Assembly (NCBI GenBank): GCA_965218295.1
Contig: CBDCKN010000001.1
Span: 1-64,000 of the forward strand
Direction of reading: 5' to 3'
From: Longimicrobiales bacterium
GTDB lineage: Bacteria > Gemmatimonadota > Gemmatimonadetes > Longimicrobiales > Gaopeijiaceae
Length of the DNA stretch: 64,000 nt
Position numbers and translations under genes: made by a program. Positions within the stretch are counted from its first letter, which is position 1. Every line of letters starts with the position of its first letter. Under the pieces are notes generated by a model. That model was not told the origin of the DNA, did no database searches, and saw only the letters and a list, made by a program, of their open reading frames with translations. Of this stretch, positions 21,797 through 32,592 are shown in pieces.

Positions 21797-21853
21797 AACT
21801 CCTCTAGGGGCTGGGTGTGGAAGGGGGTGGAACGAATAGGACTCGGCCCCCCT

Positions 21854-21897
21854 AAAGCGAAAACCAGGCCGGAGGAGACACCTCCTCCACGGCCTGG
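21854..21897 (-). terminator. Terminator-like hairpin in the 5' leader of the GSI-alpha gene
   Basis: Minus strand CCAGGCC-GT-GGAGGAG-GTGT-CTCCTCC-GGCCTGG then TTTTCGCTTT. Confidence 0.65.
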
Positions 21898-22136
21898 CGG
21901 GAGAATTCCAACCGAGGGTCGACGGCCCTCATAGGTCCTCTACTGACGGTAAAATTATATGCGGCACGTGCGATGATAGATAAGCCTCCAGGACGCGTCA
22001 ACCCTTGCGTGGGGATCGTCCCGTGAGGCGTGCGAATGAGTTGCTCGCGATGGTTGCTCTCCCGCTTCATCACTGACAGTTTGCCTGGGCATTCACCCCG
22101 CAATCGTGTTCAGTTTCACGCATCGCTGGAGACATT

Positions 22137-23195
22137 ATGGCGGATTTCCTGAGCAGGCAGTTCCTGGGCAACACGGCCCTCGGTTGGATTATCGCGCTGG
22201 TCGTTGCGACAGTCGTGTGGGCCGCCGTCCGGATCGTTTTCCGCATCGTGTTGAGCCGGATGAAGACCCTGGCTGCAAAGACGGAAACGGACATCGACGA
22301 TCTCGTCACCGAGCTCCTGGAGAAGACCAAGGGCCTCTTCGTAGCGCTGGTCGCCGTCTACGCCGGGGCGCGCAGCCTCGAGCTTCCAGCCGAAATCGAT
22401 TCGATCTTCACCCGCCTGCTCGTTGTCGGCTTCCTCATCCAGGGAGCGTTCTGGGCTAACGGCGTCGTCAACTACCTCCTGGGGAGCTGGGCAGCGAGGA
22501 AGTTTGAGGGCGACCCGACCATCACCACGGCCATGGGCTCGGTGGGCTTTCTCATCCGCTTCGGGGTTTGGGCGACCTTCATCATGCTGGCCCTGGACAA
22601 CCTGGGCATCGACGTCGGTCCTCTCGTGGCATCGCTAGGCATCGGCGGACTGGCCTTGGGATTAGCACTTCAGGGCACGCTGTCCGACCTCTTCGCGTCG
22701 TTCTCCATCATCTTCGACAAGCCCTTCGCGGTGGGCGACTACATCCAGGTCGGCAGCCTGGCCGGCACGGTAGAGCACGTCGGCCTCAAGACCACCCGGG
22801 TCAAGTCGCTCACCGGCGAGCAGCTCGTCTTCTCGAACTCGGACCTGCTCGGGAGCCGGATCCAGAACTTCCAGCGCCGGGAGAAGCGACGCTGTGCCTT
22901 CACTCTGGGGGTGACCTACGACACGACTCCCGAGCAGCTCGAGCGGATTCCGGGCTTGATCCAGGAAATCATCGAGAGCCGGGAGAACACCCTCTTCGAT
23001 CGGTGCTTCTTCATGACCTTTGGCGACTCGGCGCTGAACATGGATATCGTGTACCAGATGCAGGTCCCGGACTTCGCGACCTACGGAGCCACACACCACT
23101 CCATCAATCTCGAGATCTTCAAGCGCTTTGCCGAGGAGGGAATCGAGTTTGCATACCCGACCCAGACGATCCATGTGCCGGGCGTGGGGGACTGA
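22137..23195 (+). CDS. Small-conductance mechanosensitive channel (MscS family)
   Basis: LGIGGLALGLALQ, DKPFAVGD, GTVEHVGLKTT, GIEFAYPT. Confidence 0.92.
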   Translation: MADFLSRQFLGNTALGWIIALVVATVVWAAVRIVFRIVLSRMKTLAAKTETDIDDLVTELLEKTKGLFVALVAVYAGARSLELPAEIDSIFTRLLVVGFLIQGAFWANGVVNYLLGSWAARKFEGDPTITTAMGSVGFLIRFGVWATFIMLALDNLGIDVGPLVASLGIGGLALGLALQGTLSDLFASFSIIFDKPFAVGDYIQVGSLAGTVEHVGLKTTRVKSLTGEQLVFSNSDLLGSRIQNFQRREKRRCAFTLGVTYDTTPEQLERIPGLIQEIIESRENTLFDRCFFMTFGDSALNMDIVYQMQVPDFATYGATHHSINLEIFKRFAEEGIEFAYPTQTIHVPGVGD

Positions 23196-23200
23196 GCGGC

Positions 23201-24430
23201 CTACTCGGCCTCGGGTACGCTGGGGACCAGAATGACGTATTCGACCCGGCGTCCTCGCATCTTCTTGATGCGGAGACGCCCACCCTCGACCTCCACCACG
23301 TCCCCCTCGCGCCCGACCCGGTTCAAGGCTCCGAAGACGAAGCCCCCCAGGGTGTCGTGGAGATCTTCTGGAAGGGCGAGTCCCAGACGGTCGTTCACCT
23401 CCCGAACCGGTACTCCACCCCAGATACGGACGTAGCCGTCCGATAGCTGCTCGAAGCTCAGAGGCTCGTCCGCCTCATGCTCGTCCTGGATCTCTCCGAT
23501 AATCTCCTCGATGAGATCCTCGAGGGTCACCAGACCTGCCGTTCCGCCGAACTCGTCCACGACGATGGCCATCTTCGTCCTGTCGGTCCGCATTTCGGAG
23601 ATCAGGTCCTCCACCAGCTTGGTTGTGGGGATGAACCTGATGGGGCGGAGGATGCGCGAAATGTCCTCCAGGTCCTCCCGGTCACCGCGCCAAAGGTCTC
23701 GGGCCACGAGCAGCCCCTCGATCTTGTCCAGGGATTCCTCGTAGACGGGCAGGCGGAGGTGCCCCTCGTCCAGCATAACCGCCATGGCCTCCTCCACCGT
23801 TGCGTCCTGGGGCACCGCCACCATGTCCGTCCGAGGCGTCATGACCTCCCCGACCGTGACCTCGTCGAGGCGGATCACGTTGGTCACGACCTTCCACTCA
23901 TCTTCGTCGATGGTGCCCTCGCTGTAGCCGATCTGGGCCATGACCTCCAGCTCGGCCCGACTGACCGTGGGGCCGCGCGAGCCCCGGAGCACCTGGCTGA
24001 AGAGATTGAGGGGCACCAGGATCGGCTTCATGAAGATGATCATCCAGCGCAGGACGTGCGCGGACGGCTTTCCGAGCTCCTGCCAGAAAGTGGCCCCGAT
24101 CGTCTTCGGCACGATCTCGGAGAAGAGGAGGATGACCAGGGTCAGGACCCCGGTGAACACCCCGATCCATATCTCACCGAAGACGCGGGCCGCGATCGAG
24201 CCCCCGAGCGCGGCGCCGGCCGTGTGTGCTATGGTGTTGAGCGTCAGGATCGCCGCGATGGGCTCGTCGATCCTCTCTCTCATGGCGCTCAGATAGTCTC
24301 CGGCTTTGGATCCCTGCTCCCTGAGGACCTCAACGTAGGAGTGTGTTACGGAGAGGAGGACGGCCTCCAAGATGGAACACAGGAAGGAGACGGAGAGAGA
24401 TACCCCGAGGACCCATAGCAGCGTCGCCAT
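23201..24430 (-). CDS. CNNM/hemolysin-family (DUF21-CBS-CorC) transporter
   Basis: SILEAVLLS, SEIVPKT, VMTPRTD, VDEFGGTAGLVTLEDLIEEIIGEIQDE. Confidence 0.92.
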   Translation of the reverse strand: MATLLWVLGVSLSVSFLCSILEAVLLSVTHSYVEVLREQGSKAGDYLSAMRERIDEPIAAILTLNTIAHTAGAALGGSIAARVFGEIWIGVFTGVLTLVILLFSEIVPKTIGATFWQELGKPSAHVLRWMIIFMKPILVPLNLFSQVLRGSRGPTVSRAELEVMAQIGYSEGTIDEDEWKVVTNVIRLDEVTVGEVMTPRTDMVAVPQDATVEEAMAVMLDEGHLRLPVYEESLDKIEGLLVARDLWRGDREDLEDISRILRPIRFIPTTKLVEDLISEMRTDRTKMAIVVDEFGGTAGLVTLEDLIEEIIGEIQDEHEADEPLSFEQLSDGYVRIWGGVPVREVNDRLGLALPEDLHDTLGGFVFGALNRVGREGDVVEVEGGRLRIKKMRGRRVEYVILVPSVPEAE

Positions 24431-24615
24431 ACACCGATAGTATTGGAGGACTTCAGGTCCGGTGACAAGGGTCCAGGGGGCACAGCCCACGGGAAGTGTG
24501 TGGGGCCTGGCGCCTCATGCCGGGCCACCCTACTCTTCGCCGATACCCGGCAAGCCGGGCCGATTCGCTCGGGAAAACCGAAGTCGCCTCCGCGCCAGGG
24601 GATGCCCACCGATCC

Positions 24616-26071
24616 ATGAGTGTGGATGCCAAGAACGACACGTCCTTCGAGGTCCACCTCGTTGAGGAGGTGGAGCGGGCCCTGGATCTGGAGGAGGCTG
24701 ACCGCGAGGACCTGCCGGGGCTCTACCGCTTCAACGTCGTCCAGGTCCCCGCCCTCCGCCTGATCGGGTCCAACCTTCTCCTCCTCGTGGTGGCGATCCA
24801 CAACCTGATCGTCTTCGGGGAGCTGGACTTCGCCACATACCTGCCCCTAGTCATCGGCCTGGAGCTCTACTGCCTGGTTTCCTGGGGGCTGCTACGGGCG
24901 TATTTCACCCGCGTCTCGGCTGTCCACCTGGGTGACATTTTCCTGGTGCTCGATCTGCTGACGTGGACCTGGGCCATCTATGTCAGCGGGGGAGCGCAGA
25001 GCCTGCTCTGGCCGATATTCCTGCTTCGCACCGCGGATCAGCTGTGGCTGAACCGGGTCCGGGCCCGGGTGATGGCCGGCCTGGGGCCCATCGCCTACGC
25101 GGGCCTGCTGGCGTATCTGGCTCTGGTGGAGGGGCAGGACCTGGTGTGGGGTGCCGAGATCGCTAAGCTCATGGTGCTGGCGAGCATGAACGTCTTCCTG
25201 GTGCTCGTGGCCGGGGGCCTGGCCCTGGCACCAGCAGAAGAGAACGCACGCGGCTAAAGACCTCATTCTTCGGCTGGAAGAGCAATCCGCGGAGCTCGAC
25301 GCCGCCCGCCGCCGGGCCGAGGAGGCGAATGCGGCCAAGAGTGAATTCCTCGGTCGCATGAGCCACGAGTTGCGAACCCCACTCCACTCGGTGATGGGAT
25401 TCACGAATCTCCTGCTCAGGAACAAGCACTTGAGCCTCGAATCCCGCGATCTCAACTACCTCCAGCGCATACGCCTCAACGCGCTGCACCTGCTCAACCT
25501 TATCAACGACCTTCTGGATCTGGCCCGCATCGAAGAAGGGGGGATCACGATCGAGACGAACGAGCTGGACGTGGCCTCGCTCATCCAGGAGACAGTGGAT
25601 CAGCTCGAGGACTGGGTGGGGGAGGGACATGTGGCCGTTCGGATCGAGATGCCGCTGAAGCCCCGTCGCATCTGGGCGGATGAATCACGGCTTCGTCAGG
25701 TCTTGATCAAGCTCGTGGGTAATGCCGTCAAGTTCACCGAAGAGGGCTCCATCACCGTCGTCCTGGACGCTCACGATTCGATTCCGCGCGAGATACGGGT
25801 GGAAGATACCGGCGTGGGCATCCCCTCGGAGCGCTTGTCCACCATCTTCGACGCTTTCGAGCAGGGTGACGGCAGGACTACGCGGGTGCACTCCGGTTCG
25901 GGCCTGGGCTTGGCCATATCGCGGTCACTGTGCGAACTCATGGGAATGGAGGTCTCTGTTCAGAGCACCCTGGGTGAGGGATCGGTCTTCACGATCTCGA
26001 TCCCCGAGTCCCTGGTCGTGCAGGAAGACCTCGACCCCCCTGAGGACGCGTCGCTTAGCAGCGGTGCCTGA
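24616..26071 (+). CDS. Membrane sensor histidine kinase, frameshift near 25215-25250
   Basis: Multi-TM N-terminal ORF, then H-box MSHELRTPL, GNAVKF, DTGVG and GSGLGL in the next frame. Confidence 0.85.
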
Positions 26072-29000
26072 GCGACTCGGCCCCCGGTTCACGCTGCTCC
26101 ACTCGCTTGGCCGCGTGGCCAAGGCCCACCCGCTCTCCCGGAAGGTCCTGATATCCACGACGTTCGGCGAGGGAAGTGAGCTGCTCCGTGCGCTCGCGCT
26201 CCACGAGGGAGGGTGGGCGGGATTCGAGGTCACGACCCCGGGGCGGTTGGCCGCCCAGATCGTGGGGCCGGATCTTGCCGCCGTGGGGCTGACGATCCTG
26301 GACGAGTTCGGTCAAAGGGCCCTCGTGGACCAGGCCATGGATGGCGTGTTCGCGACGGGTGAATGGCCGAACCTGAGTATTCTCGAGCATGGCGTGGGAT
26401 TCCGGGAGGCGATCCTGGGGGCGGTGTCGGCTCTTCGGCTGTCGGGTGTGGCCCCCGAATCTCTCGCCTCGGGGCCCGCCCGTAGGGCATTTCTTGGGGA
26501 GCTCCTGACGTCCTACCAGAGGACCTTGGCGGAGCGGCACCTCGCGGACCCGGCCGAGGTGTTGCGCCGGGCTACCGAGGTTCTGATTCAGGACGGATCG
26601 AGCGGCCCGGACGACACCATCTTCCTTCTTCTTCCCGGTCTCGGCACCAGGGGGGGCGGCGGACGGTTCATCGATGCCTTGCAGCAGCGGGGGGCCACGG
26701 TCCTCGCCACCGATCCGGTCGTCGGGATGCCTCCTCCAACGGCGATGGTCTGGAAGGCTGTTCCGGCGAGGGGCCGGTTCTCCTTCGTTCACGCCGTGGA
26801 TCGGGCGTCGGCGGGTGACGACGTGCCCGACGTAGAGATGTTTGCGGCAGCCAGTGTCCGGGACGAGCTCCGGGAGGTGCTGCGGCGCACGATGGTGAGC
26901 GGCTTCCGCTGGGACGACGTGGAGATCGTTACCCCCGATCCGAGCACGTACGGCGCCGTCCTCGATGCCCTCTCCCACCAATTAGGCGTGCCTTGCAGCT
27001 TCGGGGTTGGTTTGGCGATCCGGCGGACACGACCCGGTCGGGCCATGGAGGCGTATCTGCGGTGGATCGAGAGCGGCTTTCCTGCCGACGTCCTTCGGGG
27101 TCTTCTGGAGGCCGGCGATCTCGTGGCTCCGGCCGAGTGCGAGGGCGTGTCCTCGGCCGCGCTGGCCCGACTTCTTCGACGGCTCCGCGTCGGATGGGGG
27201 CGCTCCCGATACCTCCCGGCGGTGCGGGCGGCGCTGGAGCTCGCGGTGGAGGAGGCCGCAGGGCACAAGGTGAAACCCTTCAGGGACGAGTCTCCCGAAG
27301 AGGCCCAGGCGCGCGGCGAGCACCGGGTGCGGGAGCTGAAGGCTCTGGAGTCCCTCCTCGGGTTCTCGAGGACGCCACCCCCTGGACGCCGAGACCTCTG
27401 GTGCTGGAGCGCGGAAGCGTCTCTGCGGCGGAACTCGCCAGGGGAGTCCAGGCCTTCTTGCAACGCGTTCCCGAGGGGGAGGGCGCAGATGCGGTCGGTC
27501 GCGAGGATCTCCTCGGGCGCCTCTCCCGCATCGCCGAGACCCTCACCCGCAAGACCTCGTTCGATGCGGCCATGGCCGCGCTACGCAGCCACCTCGACAT
27601 CCGTGTCCGAGCGGCTTGGGACGAAGGGTCTCCACCCTGGAAGTCCACGGGCGGCCACGTCCACCTCACCGACCTCTCCCACGGGGGATATACGGGGAGG
27701 AGGGCTACGTTCATCGTCGGATTGGACGCCGGCCGCTTTCCCGGAGCCGGCGCCCAGGACCCGATCCTCCTGGACCTCGATCGAAAAGAGTTGGCCGCCG
27801 GCTTACCCACGTCGGCGGCACGCCTCGCGGAGAGGCGCTTTCAGCTGGCGGCGCTTCTGGCCCGGACCCGGGGTCGGGTGACGGCGAGCTATACTGCCTG
27901 GGACTCGGCGGAAGCACGTGTCGTTCAACCATCGTCCGTTCTCCTCGACATGTTCAGGCTCTGGAAGGGGAGGCCGGAGGCCACCTTCGACGACTTCCAC
28001 AAGGCCCTGGGAGAGCCGGTCTGTGCGATCCCGCGCTCGGGGCCTCTGGACGGCACCGACGTCTGGCTCGACACCCTGGGCCGTGACGGCGACTTCCTCC
28101 ATGCCGGGGGAGCGTTGGAGAAGGCCTTCCCAGAATTGGGTCGTGGAATGGAGGCCAGGAGCCAGCGCGTGAAGGACCAGGCGTCGGCTCACCACGGGCT
28201 GGTGGCGCCCCGTGCCGAGCTGATGGATCCACGTGTGTACCCCCTCATCGTCGCCTCGGCCACGCGACTGGAGGCCCTGGGCGCGTGCCCGCTCCGGCAC
28301 CTCCTTCGATACGGCATCGGGTTGCGGCCGCCCGACGACCCGGCTCTCGATCCGGAGCGTTGGTTGGATCACGTGCAGCGAGGCGCGCTAATCCATCGGG
28401 TCTTCGAGCGAACACTCACACGGGCGCGCGAGGAGAGCCTCAAGCCGGATGAGCCCGCGTTCCACGACATGGCCATTGCGGTACTAGAGCAGGAGGCCCG
28501 GCGGCTCAGGAGCACGGTGCCGGTTCCAAACGAGGCCGTGTACGCTCATGGGCTGACGCTCCTCAGGGAGGACGTCCGATCCTTCACCGACTTCGTGCGG
28601 GACCGAGGCGCTCCGTGGATCCGTCTGGAGATGAAGTTCGGCAGGGACGACTCGCCTCCGGTGGAAGTCACGGTCGGCGGGGGCTCCATCTCGGTTCAGG
28701 GCGCCGTGGACCGGGTCGATCGCGACGAGGATGGACTCCACATCCTGGACTATAAGACAGGCTCCCCGTACCGGTTCACGCCCGCATCGGCCGTTTTTCA
28801 CGGGGGCCGGAGAATGCAGCACGTGATCTACGCCGAAGTCGCGGAGCGGCTGTTGGGCGAGGACGTGGCCGACATCGCATACGTCTTCCCGACGGCGACA
28901 GGGCGCAACGAGGAACGGAGGTTCACTCGGGAGTCCGTGCGTCCGGGCCTGGAGCTACTGGGGGTGATGTTGGACCAGGTGGCATCGGGACGACTGCTCC

Positions 29001-29173
29001 CTACCAACGACAAAGAAGACTGTCGAGTCTGTGACTTCAGGTCTGTGTGCAGGGTCTCTGGCGACGGCTGGAATCTCACCTCACCCATGGCCGAATGGGG
29101 CGAGCGCAACATGCTCGTTCTGGAGGAGTACGCCGGGCTTCGCCGGATCAGGGGCTGGGAGGACGGTACGTGA
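26064..29173 (+). CDS. addB: AddB/RexB-like PD-(D/E)XK nuclease subunit, frameshift near 27360
   Basis: Degenerate helicase region; ACPL and CRVCDFRSVC (four Fe-S Cys); GAVDRVD..ILDYKTG nuclease motif. Confidence 0.8.
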
Positions 29174-32100
29174 GTGGGGCGGAGCGGCAGCTACCTGACG
29201 AGGCGGAGCGGCACCTTCCGGACGAGGCCGCCAGGACGGACATCGATTCGGACCTGGATACGAACATCCTGGTTGAGGCGGGCGCCGGCTCCGGCAAGAC
29301 GACGTCGCTCTTGCACCGCATGGTGGCGCTCATCCGGTCGGGCACCGCGACGGTCTCGGAGATCGCCGCAGTGACCTTCACCCGCAAGGCCGCAGGCGAG
29401 CTTCGTGAGCGCTTTCAGGTGGAGCTCGAGCAGGTGTTGGCGGCTGAGGCACCCGGCTCGGGCGAGGGCGCCAGGCTGCGCCAGGCCCTCTCTTCGCTGG
29501 ACCAACTGTTCATCGGGACGATCCATGCGTTCTGTGCGCGGCTCCTTCGGGAGCGGCCGCTTGAGGCGGGCTTGGACCCCGGCTTCCAAGAGCTGACGGA
29601 AGAGGCTTCGTACAAACTCGCGACAGGCTTCTGGGCGGCACACCTGGAAAGGCTCGCTGCCGACGCCCACCCCATTCTCGCCCAGCTCGCGGAGGTCGGG
29701 CTGCACCCGAGGCAGCTCGAAGGTCTGTTCAGCGAAGTCTGCGACCACCCCGACGTGGAGTTCCCCGCCGAGGACGTCCCCCGGCCGGATCCGGCGGAGA
29801 TCACCGCCGTGCGCGAGGAATTGACGCGCCTGATGGACCGGGCCGAGGAGATCATGCCCGGGTCGGAACCCGACAAGAGCTGGGACGACCTGCAGAAGAA
29901 GGTGTACGGCCTCCGATACTCCCTCCGCGTCATCGGGTGGGACTCGGATTTGGAGTTCCTCCACGCCCTCTCCGAGGTGGCTCGCCGTAAGACGTACAAG
30001 GTGACTCAGATCAGATGGTCGGACGATCCGGCCATCAAAGCCCGGGCCAAGGAGCTGGCTTCGGCGTTCTCCGCCTTCGTGGCGGCAGGAGCTCCCTCTC
30101 AGCGGCTCCTGTTACAGTGGCGCATGCACCGGTATGCCGTCGCCATCCGCATGGTCGTCGGAGCGGCGCAGGCGTGGGAGGCGGAGAGGCGACGGACGGG
30201 GCGGCTCAACTTCCAAGACCTCCTGACGCTTACGGTGAAGCTCTTGCGGTCCAGCGTCGAGGCCCGCCGCCAACTCGGCCTCGGGTATCGTCGAGTTCTC
30301 GTGGACGAGTTCCAGGACACGGATCCCATACAGGCAGAGATCCTCATGCTGCTGGCCGCAGAGCCGCTCGAGGAAGGAGCCACCGAGCCTAGAGGAGGCG
30401 AGAGGGGAGTGCACAGGGGAGGGCGGGAGGCCGATGGGACTGCGGAGAGCTGGTTGGTGCTCGAGCCGCGAGCGGGAGCCCTGTTCGTGGTGGGGGACCC
30501 GAAGCAGAGTATCTACCGATTCCGGCGGGCCGACATCACGGTGTACAACGCGGTCAAGGATCGGTTCAAGGCGTTTGGCAGCGTGTTGGAACTGGAGGCC
30601 AACTTCCGCTCTGTGCCGGCCGTGGCGGCATTGTTGAACGGGGTCTTCGAGGGTGGGGAAGGCCTCCCGGCCGTGGCGACGGCTCATCAGGCGGCGTTCG
30701 CTCCGCTTCTGCCACAGCGATCGGAACGGCCTGACAAGCCCGACGGTGTCTTCCACTACCTGATCGAGAATGCAGCCCGGGACGCCATGGTCTCGGAGGA
30801 TGCGGCGAAGCTCGCCACCTGGATCGGCCGGCGATGCGCTCCAGGAGGCGACCGCACACCCGGAGACTTCCTGATCCTCACCCGGTACCGGAAGGATCTC
30901 GAGCCCTATGCTCGAGAGCTCGAAGCACGGGACCTGCCCGTGGCCCTCTCCGGCGTCGCCGTGGGGCAAGAGGAGGAAATCTCCGAGCTGGTTCGCCTCC
31001 TGGAGTGTCTGGCCGATCCCAGCGATCCCGTGAAGCTGGCAGCCGTGTTGGTGGGGCTCTTCTTCGGTCTCGACTTCGAGCAGCTTCTAGATCACCGGGT
31101 GAAGGGCGGCCGGTTCACGCTGACATCCCTCCATGGCCAGCCGGAGACGGACGTCACCAAGACCCTACGTCGCCTGAACCGATGGTGGGAAGCGACCCGC
31201 CGCGCACCGGCCGACGGGGTTCTGGCTCGCATCATGGACGAGATCGGTCTTCTCCCCCATGCGGCGTCGGGCCCGCTCGGACAGATCCGCTCGGGGGCGC
31301 TCCTCTACGTCCTGGACGCGGTGGGGTCGTCGACACTCGAGGGAAGCACGTCCATCGCCGGGGCACTGGAGGCCGTCCGTCTCGCCCTCGAGGCCAAGGA
31401 GCCCGAGGCGCCACTACAACCGGGACGCTCCGACGCCGTGCGGGTCATGAACATCCACAAGGCCAAGGGCCTCCAGGCCCCCGTGGTGGTGCTTGCCGCC
31501 CCTGTGGGGGAGACCAGACGGGAGCCCGATCACCACATCGCCAGGCTGGACGATGGGAGGGCCGCCGGATACCTGGTCGTTCAGACTCGCAAGAAGTGGG
31601 GTACGAACATCCACGCCATGCCTCCCGACTGGTTCGAGAGACAGGCCGCGGAGGAGCGCTTCGATGACGCTGAAGAGGTACGCCTCATGTACGTGGCAGC
31701 CACGCGGGCGGAGGATGAGCTCGTCGTGGCCCGGAGAGACGAGCACATCGCGAAGTCACCGTGGTCCCTCATGGACCCGTGGTTGGAGCAGCACGGGGCT
31801 CGCCTGGACGATATGGTCATCGGGCCGCTTCGCCCCCGAGCCACTCTGGAGGAGGATGGGAGGGCGATTCGCGATCGGGCGGTCGGCATAGACGTGAGAC
31901 GTGACAAGAAAGGTCGGCCCGGATACCTATTCCAGTCCGTGACATCCGTGGCGAAGGCGGCCGAAAAGGGGGAAGCACAGTTGGCTCTGGATCTCGAGAG
32001 TGGGCGCCCGGAGATCGCTGAGGTGCCGGCGGGGGCTCCTGCGGAGGACCGGCCACCGGAACAGCGGTCCCGGGGATTCAGTTGGGGGACCGCGGTGCAT

Positions 32101-32592
32101 GGTGCTCTCGCAGCCGCGGCAGGCGAGCTGTCGGAAGAAGCCCTGGAGCGGGTCTGTCGCGGACTGCTACTGGAGAACGAGCGACCCGTGGACGCCGAGG
32201 GTGAGCCCACGGAGCTCGCCTCGCTCGTCGCGCTCGTGGAAATCGTGCGCACGTCTTCGCTCTGGGAGCGGGCACGGGCTGCGGAGCGGACCTTGGTGGA
32301 AGTTCCGTTCTCGACGCGGGTCCCGGAGTTGGAAACCGCCGAGAGGTCCGGAAAGGTGGAGACATTCCGGTACGTCGAGGGCGTCATCGATCTGGCATTC
32401 CGGGAGGCCGACGGCTGGACGATCGCCGACTACAAGACGGATGTGGGCACGGATCCGGACTTCCCCGCTCGCGCGGAGGCGTACCGGCGGCAGGTGGAGT
32501 TGTACGCCACCTGTTGGAGTCGCTTGACCGATGAGCCGGTGAAGGAGCGGATCATCTTCTACACGACGCAACAGCGAGAGGAGGTTTGGTGA
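29170..32592 (+). CDS. addA: AddA-like UvrD helicase-nuclease
   Basis: AGAGSGKT, TFTRKAA, VDEFQDT, VGDPKQSIYRFR, HKAKGL, YVAATRA; C-terminal GVIDL..DYKT. Confidence 0.88.
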   Translation: MSGAERQLPDEAERHLPDEAARTDIDSDLDTNILVEAGAGSGKTTSLLHRMVALIRSGTATVSEIAAVTFTRKAAGELRERFQVELEQVLAAEAPGSGEGARLRQALSSLDQLFIGTIHAFCARLLRERPLEAGLDPGFQELTEEASYKLATGFWAAHLERLAADAHPILAQLAEVGLHPRQLEGLFSEVCDHPDVEFPAEDVPRPDPAEITAVREELTRLMDRAEEIMPGSEPDKSWDDLQKKVYGLRYSLRVIGWDSDLEFLHALSEVARRKTYKVTQIRWSDDPAIKARAKELASAFSAFVAAGAPSQRLLLQWRMHRYAVAIRMVVGAAQAWEAERRRTGRLNFQDLLTLTVKLLRSSVEARRQLGLGYRRVLVDEFQDTDPIQAEILMLLAAEPLEEGATEPRGGERGVHRGGREADGTAESWLVLEPRAGALFVVGDPKQSIYRFRRADITVYNAVKDRFKAFGSVLELEANFRSVPAVAALLNGVFEGGEGLPAVATAHQAAFAPLLPQRSERPDKPDGVFHYLIENAARDAMVSEDAAKLATWIGRRCAPGGDRTPGDFLILTRYRKDLEPYARELEARDLPVALSGVAVGQEEEISELVRLLECLADPSDPVKLAAVLVGLFFGLDFEQLLDHRVKGGRFTLTSLHGQPETDVTKTLRRLNRWWEATRRAPADGVLARIMDEIGLLPHAASGPLGQIRSGALLYVLDAVGSSTLEGSTSIAGALEAVRLALEAKEPEAPLQPGRSDAVRVMNIHKAKGLQAPVVVLAAPVGETRREPDHHIARLDDGRAAGYLVVQTRKKWGTNIHAMPPDWFERQAAEERFDDAEEVRLMYVAATRAEDELVVARRDEHIAKSPWSLMDPWLEQHGARLDDMVIGPLRPRATLEEDGRAIRDRAVGIDVRRDKKGRPGYLFQSVTSVAKAAEKGEAQLALDLESGRPEIAEVPAGAPAEDRPPEQRSRGFSWGTAVHGALAAAAGELSEEALERVCRGLLLENERPVDAEGEPTELASLVALVEIVRTSSLWERARAAERTLVEVPFSTRVPELETAERSGKVETFRYVEGVIDLAFREADGWTIADYKTDVGTDPDFPARAEAYRRQVELYATCWSRLTDEPVKERIIFYTTQQREEVW

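Noticed and set aside
29178..29228. 24-bp tandem duplication at the AddA N-terminus (AERQLPDE/AERHLPDE)
   Set aside because: Real but only two diverged in-frame units; no evident functional signal.
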